Positions 1 to 10,524 of a DNA stretch of 64,000 bases are shown here, one piece after another; within the stretch, counting starts at the first letter, position 1; every line of letters starts with the position of its first letter. The position numbers and the translations under genes are program-made. The DNA comes from Gammaproteobacteria bacterium (lineage in GTDB: Bacteria; Pseudomonadota; Gammaproteobacteria; Ga0077536), in assembly GCA_963662545.2 (NCBI GenBank), contig CAXXLL010000003.1:1984001-2048000 (forward strand), given 5' to 3'. The notes below the pieces were generated by a model. That model did no database searches, was not told the DNA's origin, and worked only from the letters and a program-made list of their open reading frames with translations.

Positions 1-2738
1 GGTCAGTTGCACGTCGATGGTGCCGAGGTTAGTGAGCACGCGGGTGTCCAGCACCCGGTCGGTCGTTCCGGTCAAACTCAGCGAGCCGCCGGCGTTGATG
101 CGGGTTTCACCGGCGTCCTGCATGGTGCCGCCGGACCAGCTGCCGGCGCCGGTGACGGCGAGCAGACCGCTGCCGCCGGGTGTGCCGTCGGTGAACGTAA
201 ACGTGGACGTGGTGATGCTGCCGCTGACGCTTACCGCGCCGTTGTTGATGGCGAGCGCATTTAATGTCGCGGTATTGCCGAAGTCGATGGTGCCCCCGTT
301 GACGGTCACCGTGCCCGTTGCGGTGAAGCCCGCGGCGGCGTCGAAATTCGTGACGCCGTCGTCGATCGTGAGCGACCCGGCGCCGTTGACCGATGAGCCC
401 GCGGCGAAGGTGTTGGTCGAGCCGGGCGCGTTGATGCGGAGCGTGGTGCCCGAGGCGAGCGTAAAGCTGCCGGCATGTGTGCCGGCGGCCGCGAGTGTCA
501 GCGTACCGACGTCGAGCTCGACGACGGCATCGGCGTCGTCCGTCAACGCCGGCAGCGTGACGGCGGTCCCGCCCGTGATGCGCAGGATGCCTAGGTTGAG
601 CAGGCTCAAAGTCGGCGCGAAGGCAAGGTCATTCTGAATGTCGATGATGCGATCGGCGAGGTTAGTGAGCGTGCCGCTGCCAAGGATGTCGCCGCTCGCG
701 CCGGGCATCACCGTGAGGTTACCGGCATTGGTGAGCGCTGCGTTCAGGGTCTTGGTGCTCGTGCCTGTGATGTCGAACACCGCGCCGCCGGCGATGCCGG
801 TCTCGATCGCGAGCGTGCCGCCGCTCCAGTCGAAGTCGTTGACGACAGTGAGGCTGCCGCTGCCGGTCGCCGTGCCGCCCGTCAGCGTCAGCGTATCGAA
901 CAGGGTGTTGCCGTTGAAGGTCTGGGTGCCGGTGCCAACCGTTACGCTGCCCGCGCGGAAGTCGGCATCGATAGTGCGGTTGTCGGTAAAGCTGACTATC
1001 CCCGAGCCCAAGGTGCGCGCATCGAGCAGGCCGCCGCCGAGGTCGATATCCGCAGCAATCAGGATCCCGCCGCTGATGAGACCGTCGCTGTCGCTGTCGG
1101 CTTCGAGTACGAGGTTCAGCGTTTCACCGCCTTGCGCCGTGTCCGTAATCGGGCTGTTGATATTGATGTCGTTGTGCGCAGAGAAGGTTAGTGTATTGGT
1201 GCCGTTCGTGTCGTCGAGCGCGAGTGTCGCGTTCAGATTAATATTGCCGAGTTCGCTCCCGCCGGCAGACGTCGTCACCGTCACGTTCGCGCCGCCTGAC
1301 AGTGCCGCCTCAATCAGATCCACCCCGAGCGAGGCCCCGTCGCCCGTGCTCGGGAACGCGAACGGATCGCTCGTGTCGATATTCGTCGGCGGGCCGGAAC
1401 CCGCAACGATGTCGATGTCGTTCGGGTCGATGAGCCAGGTGCCGCCCGCACCCTCTGGCGCGGTCACGTCGGGCACCGAGGTGACGCTCAGGTTTTGCTT
1501 CGCCGAGGTCTCAATGAGACCGCCGTCGCCGCCTTTAGCGCCGCCGCGCGCGCTCAGGCGTCCGTGCACCGCCGCCGACTCGTCCGCCCACACGATGACC
1601 CGGCCGCCGTCGCCCTTGACGGTCGCATCGGCGGCGATGACGGCGTTCGCCCCGATCACCGTTTGCAGCGCATTCTTAAGCGTCGCGTCGGCGCCCTGGT
1701 AGCCGCCGCCGACGTGGACCGTGCCGCCGCCGCTGGCGCCGCTCGCGTCGAGCCGTCCTTCGACCACCGCCACGCGTTCACCCAGCACCTCGACGCGCCC
1801 GCCGCGCCGCGCGCCTCGACCATGCCGTCCACCCACGTCGTGCCTGCGGTACTCTCGATCCGCACGCTTCCGCCGGCCGCGCCTGAGGCCGACACCGAGC
1901 TGCCCGAGGCAAGCTCGAGGTTCTCGATCGCCGATAGAATGACCGTTCCGGCCTCGTCCACCGACAGGCTGTCCGCGCGCACCTCGCCCGCATGACGCAG
2001 CGTGCCCGCGAACACCTCCACCGCGCCGCCATTCGCGATCAGTTCGCCGAGATTGAGGACTTCATCCTCCGGCGCCTGTATCTCGAAGTGAAGACCGCTG
2101 CCGTCAAGGCTCGAAATCGTAATTTTGCGGCCCGCCGCGAGCAGCAATCGCCCGCCTTCCGACTCGATCACGCCGCTGTTCTCGATATTCGGGGCGAGGA
2201 GGTAGACATCGCCGTTGTTGCGCGTCTTGATGAAACCGCGGTTGACGATGGCGCCGCTGTCGGGGCTGCGCTCGAACTGCAGCTTGCCTTTTAAGAAATT
2301 TTCATCGGTGATGTTGAGGGTCGAGGCAACGAATCCAGCGGTATCGATGACCGCGCCGGAGCCGATGACGATACCGTTGGGATTGATCAGAAATACGCGG
2401 CCGTTCGAAGCGAGCAGGCCGAGAAGCTGCGACGGATCGACGCCGACCACCCGATTCAACACTGCGCTCGAGGGCGATTGCTGGATGAAGCGGGTGATCT
2501 CGCCCGCCCGAATAGAAAAATTCCGCCAGTTGATGATCGCGTTGGGCGTATTCGTAATGTTCAACACACCCGGCCCGGGCACGTGGAACGCCGCACGTCC
2601 ATGGACGACGCGCGCACCGCCCGGATTCGCGCCCGCGGTGCTCATGATCAGCGCACAGAGGCACAGACCGTGAGCAGCCTGACAGACCCATTTTCTGATG
2701 ATCGCTCCTCGTATCATCTTATCCTTGGTCGATCTCAA
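1..2738 (-). CDS. Large filamentous-haemagglutinin-type exoprotein (two-partner secretion domain), frameshifted near 1805, runs off the window's left edge
   Basis: ORF 1656..2738 has a signal peptide and TPS secretion-domain motifs (AIINW, SAVLNRV, NGRVFLINPNG). After ...MVEARG the homologous sequence continues in another frame (GGRVEVLGERV...GGTVHVGGGYQG...GDGGRVIVWAD...GGTWLIDP) and appears open to base 1. Confidence 0.85.
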
Positions 2739-3163
2739 CGGTCTGGTACCGCGTAGCTGTCCGATCCAGGACTAAGGTTGGCCGGTTGCGCCAAGTTGGT
2801 GTGACCGGCAACGCACGGTCGAATTTGTCCCTGAAACTCGGCGCGCGGTAATGCTATCTAATGAATCGTTTATACCATGTTGCGTATGCACATACGGTCG
2901 GATGGCCCCGCTGGGCGACCGGATTTCAGATAGATAAATGTTCATGAAAAGAAAAATAATGTTAATCCCAGGTAAATAGGTCGTATCGAGAGGATTCCTG
3001 AGCCACTCCGGCAGTCCCGCGTCGAACCTCCGGCATTGTGCGCGTTGCCGACCACCCCAAAGGGTCGGTTCCATACCGATGACGACTCGCTGCGTGGGCG
3101 TCTCGCTCAAGACATCGCGATTCGTGCCGTTACCATCGGTGGACCTAAAAAAGGTGGCAAGCG

Positions 3164-3565
3164 ATGCGCCGTTGGAATACGTCGATTCCGACGATTTTAC
3201 TCGTAGTTTTGACCGGCTGTGCGACGGTTCAGGATCTGCAGACCGAGCGGTTCGGCATCGTATCGAACGTATACCAGCAGACTGCGCCTGGTCTGTTCAT
3301 AGAGCACCAGTTCGTTGATCGGCCTGAATCGGTTTCTACGTGGGTACGCGTGGACCTGGTAGCATCCGCGACCGATGGCCGGACGGTGGCGACGGCCCTT
3401 GTCGTAATCGGTGAATCCGTCCAGCGGGGCGACGCAGTTCGGGTCCACCTAGCTTCTCGTAGCGCCCAGCCGAGCAGCGAGATTGTTTCGCCGAGAAATC
3501 GGGTCGTCGAAATTATTAACGAAGATTCCCCGGCTATTGCCGGAATCGGCATGCAGCTGTTCTAA
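3164..3565 (+). CDS. Hypothetical lipoprotein
   Basis: 133-aa ORF with a hydrophobic N-terminus and lipobox (VLTG/C). Confidence 0.6.
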   Translation: MRRWNTSIPTILLVVLTGCATVQDLQTERFGIVSNVYQQTAPGLFIEHQFVDRPESVSTWVRVDLVASATDGRTVATALVVIGESVQRGDAVRVHLASRSAQPSSEIVSPRNRVVEIINEDSPAIAGIGMQLF

Positions 3566-3631
3566 ATTTCTACAGCGCGGCTGCGCGGTTCCGAGCCCAT
3601 TCACTCGCCTGCTTTTGTTGATTGCGCCTTA

Positions 3632-3793
3632 GGAACCTTTGAATAAGTCATGGCCGATCTGCCTGGCCCATGAAATCGCGGAGCCTTACGTTACGAACCT
3701 TAGCCATAGTCCCCGCTATGGCCTGCGATTCGTGCCTTGATCTGCACCATTGCATGAACCATTCAGACGCACCATGACTTATTCAGAGGTTCC
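3632..3793. mobile_element. MITE (~162 bp) with IS5-like terminal inverted repeats
   Basis: GGAACCTTTGAATAAGTCATGG at 3632 and CCATGACTTATTCAGAGGTTCC ending at 3793 (21/22 match), with TTA on both flanks and no ORF. Confidence 0.75.
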
Positions 3794-3794
3794 C

Positions 3795-4517
3795 TTATTT
3801 TTCGGTGTTTCTGTAATCGTCGTAAATGGCGCGGGCCCATTTCAATAACGGACGATCGCAGTGGGCGGCGATGAAGCGGTCCACGGGTTCGGGCAGGGGC
3901 TCGGTAAAGCGCCAGCTCGGGGCGAGCAGGGCACTGACCGAGAGATCGGCGCGGCTGAACAGCGGGCCGGCGAGAAACTTGTGTTTTTCGAGGCGTTTTT
4001 CGATGTGATCAAATGCTGCCAGCATTTTTGCTTCGGCGGCTTTTGCGCCTTCCGCATCGATGTGGTAAAGGGCCCGCACGCGTTTGCGCACGGCGGGGAA
4101 AATGAGTTTGTACAGCGGGCCGGCCCACCACGGGCCGTCTTCAGTCAGCAGCGCGGATGCGAGCTTACGGTCCGGCAGAACGTGATAATAGAAAAACAGG
4201 CGCAAGGGTACGCCGACGTTGGCATCGGCGTAGCGCTCCCATTCGTGCGCCATGGAAGCGTCCGCGGTCGTGGTTGGCGTCAGCGGCGGATGCGACTGTT
4301 TCTTGTCGAGGTAGGTAATGATGGCGTCTGAGCCCTGTATGGGTTTGTCGTCGTCGATGAGCACGGGCACACTCGTTCCGGGCGCGATCTTCCGCAGAGC
4401 GGCAGCGTGCGGACCCGGCACGAGGTTCTTGATGCGGTAGTCGATACCCTTGTATTCGAGCGCCCAGCGCGCCTTCTCGCAAAAATGTGAGATCGGGAAC
4501 TGATACAGCGTCATCAT
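3795..4517 (-). CDS. Glutathione S-transferase family protein
   Basis: TLYQFPISHFCEKARWAL, VPVL..GSDAII and FSRADL motifs. GGAG precedes the ATG at 4517. Confidence 0.9.
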   Translation of the reverse strand: MMTLYQFPISHFCEKARWALEYKGIDYRIKNLVPGPHAAALRKIAPGTSVPVLIDDDKPIQGSDAIITYLDKKQSHPPLTPTTTADASMAHEWERYADANVGVPLRLFFYYHVLPDRKLASALLTEDGPWWAGPLYKLIFPAVRKRVRALYHIDAEGAKAAEAKMLAAFDHIEKRLEKHKFLAGPLFSRADLSVSALLAPSWRFTEPLPEPVDRFIAAHCDRPLLKWARAIYDDYRNTEK

Positions 4518-4581
4518 GGCCATGGCTCCGTGAATGGCTGGATGCACAATTGTTGAGGTCGAAGTATAAACTGCTACTCCT

Positions 4582-4630
4582 GGGGTCAGGTCTTTCATTG
4601 CCACATCGTGATGTGGCAATGAAAGACCCC
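4582..4630. repeat. GGGGTC-type REP-like palindrome
   Basis: GGTCTTTCATTGCCACAT-cgtg-ATGTGGCAATGAAAGACC is a perfect 18-bp stem. Related motifs occur at 14526-14541, 14985-14998, 44472-44507 and 44562-44580. Confidence 0.7.
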
Positions 4631-4700
4631 AAATTGCTGAAAGCGTCTAACTCGAATGGTAGCACCGAGAAATGGTGAAAACGCGGCGCGGTAACAAGCA

Positions 4701-5621
4701 TTGAAGAAGACTTTTATCATTTTCAGCGTCTTGATACTGCTGATCTTGGGCGCCTTGGCTGTGACCGTATCGATATACGATTTCGACCAATGGAAGGCGC
4801 CACTCGCTGCGCAGGTCAAGGCGGCAACTGGCTATGACATTACCATCGCCGGGGACATTAGCGTAAAGGGCTCTTATGTCCCTACCTTGGTCGTCAATGA
4901 TATTTCAATCGCGAATGTTGCCTGGGCGAGTCAAGAGAAATTCGTCGAGATTGCGCGAGTCGAGGTGCGACCGTCCATCGTGTCCATCTTGTTCGGATCG
5001 CTGATCGCCGAGGAGGTTTTATTCGACGGCGTTCGCGTCAATTTTGAAACCGACGGTGATGGCGGTGCGAACTGGCGGCAACAACGTGACGGCGCGGTGG
5101 CGGAGAATGCCCTGGACTTCGACATGAGCGCGGTGGCGCTCCGGAAACTTTCTGGTTTCGACATCAAGCTGCGGTTTCGTAGCGGTTGGGCGCAGATGGA
5201 GGATGTCTATCGCGTCAACGAGGTGACTGTCGCCACCAATGCACCGGCCAAACCGATTTCGATCGCGCTGTCCGGTGTCGTTCGAAATCACGCGCTCGAG
5301 ATCATCGGGACCATCGGGACGCTGGAAAGTTACGCGCAAAATAAATCGGCGTCGGTCGCATTGCAGGGCTCCTATGGCGGTGCGGAAATGACGCTGAGCG
5401 GCTCCATCAGTCAATCCAGAGTCTTCGCGGGCATCGATCTCGATTTTAAACTGCATGCGGAAACATTGAATGATTTCGGTCCGGTCACGCTCGGTACGAC
5501 AGGCGTATACGAGCTGCCAAAAGATCAGCCCGTTCGAATCGTCGCGCACGCGACGAGTACCGAGTTTGGTCCGCAGATCGAAAATTTCGAACTTCGCATT
5601 GGCAACCTGATTCTCAAATAG
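4701..5621 (+). CDS. AsmA family protein (N-terminal AsmA region only)
   Basis: N-terminal TM anchor followed by QVKAATGYDITIAGDI...IANVAWA...LETDGDGGANW-like AsmA pattern. Confidence 0.75.
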   Translation: MKKTFIIFSVLILLILGALAVTVSIYDFDQWKAPLAAQVKAATGYDITIAGDISVKGSYVPTLVVNDISIANVAWASQEKFVEIARVEVRPSIVSILFGSLIAEEVLFDGVRVNFETDGDGGANWRQQRDGAVAENALDFDMSAVALRKLSGFDIKLRFRSGWAQMEDVYRVNEVTVATNAPAKPISIALSGVVRNHALEIIGTIGTLESYAQNKSASVALQGSYGGAEMTLSGSISQSRVFAGIDLDFKLHAETLNDFGPVTLGTTGVYELPKDQPVRIVAHATSTEFGPQIENFELRIGNLILK

Positions 5622-5690
5622 AAGGACTAGTCGGGTAAGACCTGACCGCAATTCGCACGGTAGAATGAAACGGTAGGTTGGGGCGATGAC

Positions 5691-7247
5691 ATGACGGAGA
5701 CTCGGGAAGGGCGTGCGAGTGTTTGCGTGATCGGCGCCGGCATAGCTGGGCTGGTGACCGCCAAGGTCTTCGGTGAAGATGGTTTCGACGTTACCGTATT
5801 CGAGAAAGAATCGGCCCTCGGGGGGACATGGGCCGCTGCACGTAGTTACCCGGGTCTGCGCACTAACAACTGCAAATACACCTACGCGTTTTCCGATTTT
5901 CCATATCCGGAGTCCGTCGATGTATACCCGCAAGCCGATCAGGTGCGTAGATACCTCGAATCCTACGCCGATCATTTCGGTATCCGCTCGCGAATAAACT
6001 TCGACCGACACGTAAGCCGTATCGCGCGATCGAGCGCAGGCGGCGATCGATATGAAATAGTCCTACAACCGACCGGCGGCGGTGCGGAACAAAGCGCCGA
6101 ATTCGATTTCGTCGTCGTGTGTAACGGGGTATTCCATCTCCCCCACATGCCGACGATCGAGGGCATGTCCGACTTCGCCGGGCGGATCGTGGCCTCCTGC
6201 GACGTAACCGATGCTATCTACGAGCAAAGCAAGCACCCGATCGTCGTTGGTGGCGGCAAATCTGCGCTCGACTCCGCGACAGGCGCCGCGAAGCGCGGCC
6301 TGTCGCCCACTCTCGTGTTTCGGCATCCGCACTGGATCGCACCGCGTTTTCTTCCAGGCGGGATTCCCGGCGATTTCGTCATTTTGTTGCGGTTGACGGC
6401 ATCGACCTTGCGTTATCACGAACTACACGGCATCGATCGGTTTCTGCAGACGGTCGGGAAACCGCTGTCGGATTTGTGGTGGACGTTCGTTTCCTTCATT
6501 TTCCCTAAGATTTTAGGGATGCCACGGGAACTCACACCCGATCCGCTGCCGCATGATCTGGAAAGATTCGGGGTGGGCGGGGAATTTTTCGATGAATTCA
6601 ACGCCGGCCGCGCGAAGGCCGTCGCCGGTGAGATCAAGCGATTCAAGCAAAACAGCGTCGAATTGACGAACGGAAAAGAAATCCCGGCGGATCTCGTTAT
6701 CTTTGCAACGGGCTGGGAACAAGACATGTCGTTTCTGGCCGATGATCTCCGCGAAGAAATCGTGCACCAGGGCCGCTTTCGCCTCTACCGGCATCTGCTG
6801 CCGCCAACGGCACAGCGGATTGGATTTGTCGGCTATGCGTCCTCCGTGGCGGCGCAGCTCACCGCTGAGATAGGCGCGCATTGGCTTTCGCAGTGTTTCC
6901 TCGGTGCCTTGTCATTGCCTTCGGTCGAAGACATGGAACAAGAAATTGACCGCGTCCATGCCTGGGCAGCAGAAACCATGCCGAGCCGCCGCGCCGGTTA
7001 CTTCGTCGGCGCTTTTGTCCCGCAGTACGTCGATGACCTGGTGAGGGACATGGGACTTCCCACCAAACGCACCGGCAACTTCATCAAGGAATACCTGACA
7101 CCCTTTTTCGCATCACGCTTTTCGAACCTGGGTGAAGAGCGGCGCAGGAGCCGTGAAGGGCTGGCCGCATTGCCGCGCGGATTCTATTTCAGCGGCGTGC
7201 ATGCCGGTATCGCCGCCCTTGTGATCGTTCTCGTGCTGTGGTGGTAG
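5691..7247 (+). CDS. Flavin-containing monooxygenase (FMO-like)
   Basis: GAGIAG FAD motif, GGTW..YPGL, GGGKSA NADPH motif, FATG and a C-terminal TM helix. Confidence 0.9.
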   Translation: MTETREGRASVCVIGAGIAGLVTAKVFGEDGFDVTVFEKESALGGTWAAARSYPGLRTNNCKYTYAFSDFPYPESVDVYPQADQVRRYLESYADHFGIRSRINFDRHVSRIARSSAGGDRYEIVLQPTGGGAEQSAEFDFVVVCNGVFHLPHMPTIEGMSDFAGRIVASCDVTDAIYEQSKHPIVVGGGKSALDSATGAAKRGLSPTLVFRHPHWIAPRFLPGGIPGDFVILLRLTASTLRYHELHGIDRFLQTVGKPLSDLWWTFVSFIFPKILGMPRELTPDPLPHDLERFGVGGEFFDEFNAGRAKAVAGEIKRFKQNSVELTNGKEIPADLVIFATGWEQDMSFLADDLREEIVHQGRFRLYRHLLPPTAQRIGFVGYASSVAAQLTAEIGAHWLSQCFLGALSLPSVEDMEQEIDRVHAWAAETMPSRRAGYFVGAFVPQYVDDLVRDMGLPTKRTGNFIKEYLTPFFASRFSNLGEERRRSREGLAALPRGFYFSGVHAGIAALVIVLVLWW

Positions 7248-7284
7248 TGGGAATTTGCCCACCTGCGGGCGATTTCCTATGCGC

Positions 7285-7779
7285 TTAATGATCCACGTCG
7301 AATAATTCCCGGCCGATTTTTGCGGCCGATCGTCTGATGACATCCGCGATCTGCTGCGATGCGATATCGATCAGGACGATTTCGCCGTCTATTTCGGCGC
7401 GCTCGTAGCCGTTCCTGACAGGCGGCAGCCGGGTTTCCAGATCGTCCGGTAAGCGTTTCTTGGCAATTCCCGGGGGCATGTCACCGCCGCGTTCCAGCTT
7501 TTTCGCAATTCCCGGCGGCAGTCCCTTGGGATTGCCTTTACGCTTAGTTGATTTTTTGTGCCCCTTACCCGGCTTTGAATCGCCGTACCGATCGTCGTTG
7601 TGCTCCTTGTGACCGTCGGAGCCGTATTTGCTTTGATAATAATCAAGGATCAATTTGCGTTCGACTTCGGAAAATATCTCTTTGCCAAAATTCTTGAAAT
7701 CATCGACGACGGTTTCGGCGCAGGCTGCCGAAGTCAATAAGGAAAAAGTTATGAATAGTGCGGTTGTTACCGTTCTCAT
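7285..7779 (-). CDS. Secreted hypothetical protein with PPGIAKK repeats (RcnB-like group)
   Basis: Signal peptide from MRTVTTALF, two PPGIAKK motifs and LPDDLETRLPP. Confidence 0.7.
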   Translation of the reverse strand: MRTVTTALFITFSLLTSAACAETVVDDFKNFGKEIFSEVERKLILDYYQSKYGSDGHKEHNDDRYGDSKPGKGHKKSTKRKGNPKGLPPGIAKKLERGGDMPPGIAKKRLPDDLETRLPPVRNGYERAEIDGEIVLIDIASQQIADVIRRSAAKIGRELFDVDH

Positions 7780-7849
7780 GGGGCCACTCCAGAGTATGTA
7801 AGTCTTTTGATCGATTCGTTCTTCGGGCAACGCCCGGAGTTAAGTTCGA

Positions 7850-7898
7850 GACAAAGGCGCCTGAGGGATTACATTTTAGTCCCTCAGGCGCCTTTGTC
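7850..7898. terminator. Strong hairpin, possible bidirectional terminator
   Basis: GACAAAGGCGCCTGAGGGA / TCCCTCAGGCGCCTTTGTC is a 19-bp perfect inverted repeat. Confidence 0.5.
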
Positions 7899-8106
7899 GT
7901 CGACCGACAGAACATGGCCTGCTTTGCAGGGTTTAGAACTCGATCGAGTGATTTCGCTCTGCGAGAAGCCTCCATAAGCCAATTTGATGCCTGCATGAGG
8001 CCGTTAAGTCTCGGGAACAGGTCCTGGAAAGGCAAGCCGGGGGCGCTATGGACGGGGGGCGGTGGGCAATATCAGCCGGCTGCCGGACGGTTTACCCAGC
8101 TTCGAC

Positions 8107-8134
8107 TTGAAGCCGCCGGGCAGCTTCTTATAAT
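8107..8134 (+). promoter_or_regulatory. Sigma70-like promoter
   Basis: TTGAAG-16 nt-TATAAT, upstream of the rod RNA and the EF-G paralog. Confidence 0.6.
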
Positions 8135-8155
8135 CGAGAGAAATGAAACGATAAA

Positions 8156-8351
8156 GCGCCGGTAATCGCCCGTACGCCGTGGTGATGCGGCGGATTGAGA
8201 ACGGGCGTCAGCCCACGGACTGACCCTGGCCGCGCGCGAACGCTCAAGCCCCACCGGGACCGAGCCAAGCGGCGCCGGGCGGGATCCGAGAAATCCGCCG
8301 CGTCGAACCATGGTCACAACTACGGTATCCCTCAAGCGGTTCTGCCGGTGC
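8156..8351 (+). ncRNA. Candidate ~196-nt rod-shaped structured RNA / 5' leader
   Basis: Nested pairings: 8156-8164 with 8343-8351, CCGUA/UACGG, GCCGUGGU/ACCAUGGU, a 13-bp helix 8184-8196 with 8292-8304, CCUGGC/GCCGGG and GCUC/GAGC. There are many G-U wobbles on the + strand. Confidence 0.55.
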
Positions 8352-8374
8352 AATAACGACCGGGAGAGCCTCTT

Positions 8375-10426
8375 ATGCCTAGTTACACCACCAAGGACAT
8401 CCGCAACATCGCCCTAGTCGGCGCCGGCGGGACCGGCAAGACCATGTTGGTCGAGTCATTACTCGCTGCCGCCGGCGTCATCAAGCAGAAAGGCGAGATA
8501 TCGCGCAGGACGACGGTCTGTGATCATCTTCCCCAGGAGCAGGCGCACGAGCATTCCCTCGATTGTGCGATCGTCAGCTTCGACTACAAGGGCAAGCACC
8601 TCAACATCCTCGACACGCCGGGGTCGCCCGATTTCATCGGTCGCGCGCTCTCCGTGCTGCCGGCGGTCGAAACGGTAGCCGTCGTCGTGAACGCATCGTC
8701 CGGGCCCGATATGACGGCGCGGCGGATGATGGACTGGGCGCACGATCGGGGTCTCGACCGTATCGTGATCATCAATCGCATCGATGACGCGGAAAAAGAA
8801 CTCGAGAACTGCCTTGCCCGCATACAGGAAATGTTCGGTTCGAAATGCCTGCCGCTCAATCTTCCAGCACAGGGCGCCAGCGAAGTCCTCGACTGCTTCT
8901 TCAAACCCAACGGCGCGGATACCGATTTTTCGACCGTTGCGGCGGCCCATACCCAGCTAGTCGATCAAGTCGTGGAAGTCGACGACGAACTGATGGAACT
9001 TTATCTGGAACAGGGTGAGGACATTTCGCCCGATCAACTGCACGATCCATTCGAGAAAGCGCTGCGCGAAGATCATCTGGTGCCGGTGTGTTTTACTTCA
9101 GCCGAGACCGATGCTGGCGTCGAGCAGCTTCTGGAAGTGTTCTGCAAGTTGATGCCGAGTCCCGAAGAAGGCAACGCGCCGGATTTTTTCCGAGGCGACG
9201 ACGACAGTGGTGAACCGATCCATTTCGAGCCGGATCCCGACAAGCCCGTTCTCGCGCATACCTTTAAGGTCAATATCGATCCTTTCATCGGCCGCCTCGG
9301 TGCCTTTCGCATCCACCAGGGCACGATAAAGAAAGACAGCCAGCTCTGCATCGGCGACGCACGCCGACCGTTTCGTGTGAGCCATCTGCTCAAGCTGCGC
9401 GGCGCTGAAACCGCGGAAATCGATGCCGGCATTCCCGGCGACATCTGCGCGGTGGCCAAGGTCGACGAAATGGAGTTCAACGCGGTCCTCCACGACTCGC
9501 ATGATGAAGATTACATCCACATTCGCTCCGTGCAGTTGCCGACACCCATGCAGGGAGTTGCGTTGACCGCCAAGAGCCGCGGTCAGGAGCAGAAGTTGTC
9601 CGATGCCCTGAACAAGCTGAAAGCCGAAGATCCCAGCATCGTCATCGAACATAATCACGCGCAGAACCAGACGATCATGCGCGCCGTTGGCGACCTGCAT
9701 TTGCGGATACTGCTGGAAGGTCTGGCCGACCGCTTCAATGTCGAGGTCGAAACGACGCCGCCCAAGATCGCTTATCGCGAAACGATCCAGTCGAAGGCCG
9801 AAGGCCATCATCGTCACAAGAAACAGACGGGCGGCGCCGGGCAATTCGGCGAAGTATTTCTGCGGATTGCGCCGCTTTCACGCGGCGACGGATTTAAATT
9901 CAACAACAAGATTGTCGGCGGCGCAATTCCGCGTCAGTTCATTCCGGCGATCGAAAAGGGCATCAAGCAGGCAATGACGGAGGGCATCGTCGCCGGTTAT
10001 CCACTGGAAGACGTCGAGGTCACGGTTTACGACGGCAAGTTCCATGCAGTCGACTCGAAAGAAATCGCCTTCATTGCGGCGGGTAAGAAAGCATTCATCG
10101 AAGCCGTCAAAAAAGCGGGCCCGGTCGTGCTCGAGCCTATCGTCAACGTGGACATCGTCGCGCCGAGCACGAACGTAGGCGACATCACGGGCGATCTGTC
10201 GAGCAAGCGCGCCCGTATCAACGAGACCACGGCGTATGATGATGGTTTGAGCGGAATCAGCGCCTCGGTGCCGCTGGCCGAACTCGACGGCTACCAGTCA
10301 CACTTGCGGTCGATCACTGCGGGCGCAGGCACTTTCTCGCTGGAATTGAGCCACTACGACCCGGTACCGGCGAGAACACAAGCCGAACTCGCGGCTGAGT
10401 TTCGGCCCAGCGCAGGAGACGAATAG
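8375..10426 (+). CDS. fusA: Elongation factor G paralog (EF-G2/FusA-like)
   Basis: IRNIALVG..GTGKT, DTPG, IAYRETI, KKQTGGAGQFG, DGKFHAVDS and LEPI motifs over 683 aa. Switch I (RGIT absent) and G4 (NRID) are divergent. Confidence 0.92.
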   Translation: MPSYTTKDIRNIALVGAGGTGKTMLVESLLAAAGVIKQKGEISRRTTVCDHLPQEQAHEHSLDCAIVSFDYKGKHLNILDTPGSPDFIGRALSVLPAVETVAVVVNASSGPDMTARRMMDWAHDRGLDRIVIINRIDDAEKELENCLARIQEMFGSKCLPLNLPAQGASEVLDCFFKPNGADTDFSTVAAAHTQLVDQVVEVDDELMELYLEQGEDISPDQLHDPFEKALREDHLVPVCFTSAETDAGVEQLLEVFCKLMPSPEEGNAPDFFRGDDDSGEPIHFEPDPDKPVLAHTFKVNIDPFIGRLGAFRIHQGTIKKDSQLCIGDARRPFRVSHLLKLRGAETAEIDAGIPGDICAVAKVDEMEFNAVLHDSHDEDYIHIRSVQLPTPMQGVALTAKSRGQEQKLSDALNKLKAEDPSIVIEHNHAQNQTIMRAVGDLHLRILLEGLADRFNVEVETTPPKIAYRETIQSKAEGHHRHKKQTGGAGQFGEVFLRIAPLSRGDGFKFNNKIVGGAIPRQFIPAIEKGIKQAMTEGIVAGYPLEDVEVTVYDGKFHAVDSKEIAFIAAGKKAFIEAVKKAGPVVLEPIVNVDIVAPSTNVGDITGDLSSKRARINETTAYDDGLSGISASVPLAELDGYQSHLRSITAGAGTFSLELSHYDPVPARTQAELAAEFRPSAGDE

Positions 10427-10477
10427 CGCGTTTGCCGCGCCCTGATTTTCATTGCGACTTGCGCTTTTGGTATCACC

Positions 10478-10501
10478 ATTCGCCGGCAAGCGGGCTCCTA
10501 C
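10478..10501. repeat. GTAG-type REP element
   Basis: ATTCGCCGGCAAGCGGGCTCCTAC. Related copies at ~20472-20490, 22239-22258, 26323-26345, 26992-27015 and 51837-51858, all intergenic or just after stop codons. Confidence 0.75.
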
Positions 10502-10524
10502 GCCGGCTGGTGTTGGGGTCGTGA

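Noticed and set aside
7-2756. Long + strand ORFs (17..637, 638..1702 and others)
   Set aside because: Antisense shadows of the GC-rich haemagglutinin-like gene. The same applies to most overlapping ORFs in the track.
3795-4619. Extended N-terminus of the GST ORF, and similar extensions of ORFs 15059..16126, 15877..16995, 16652..17698 and 17380..18924
   Set aside because: The extensions run through repeats or neighbouring genes; downstream ATGs match the family starts.
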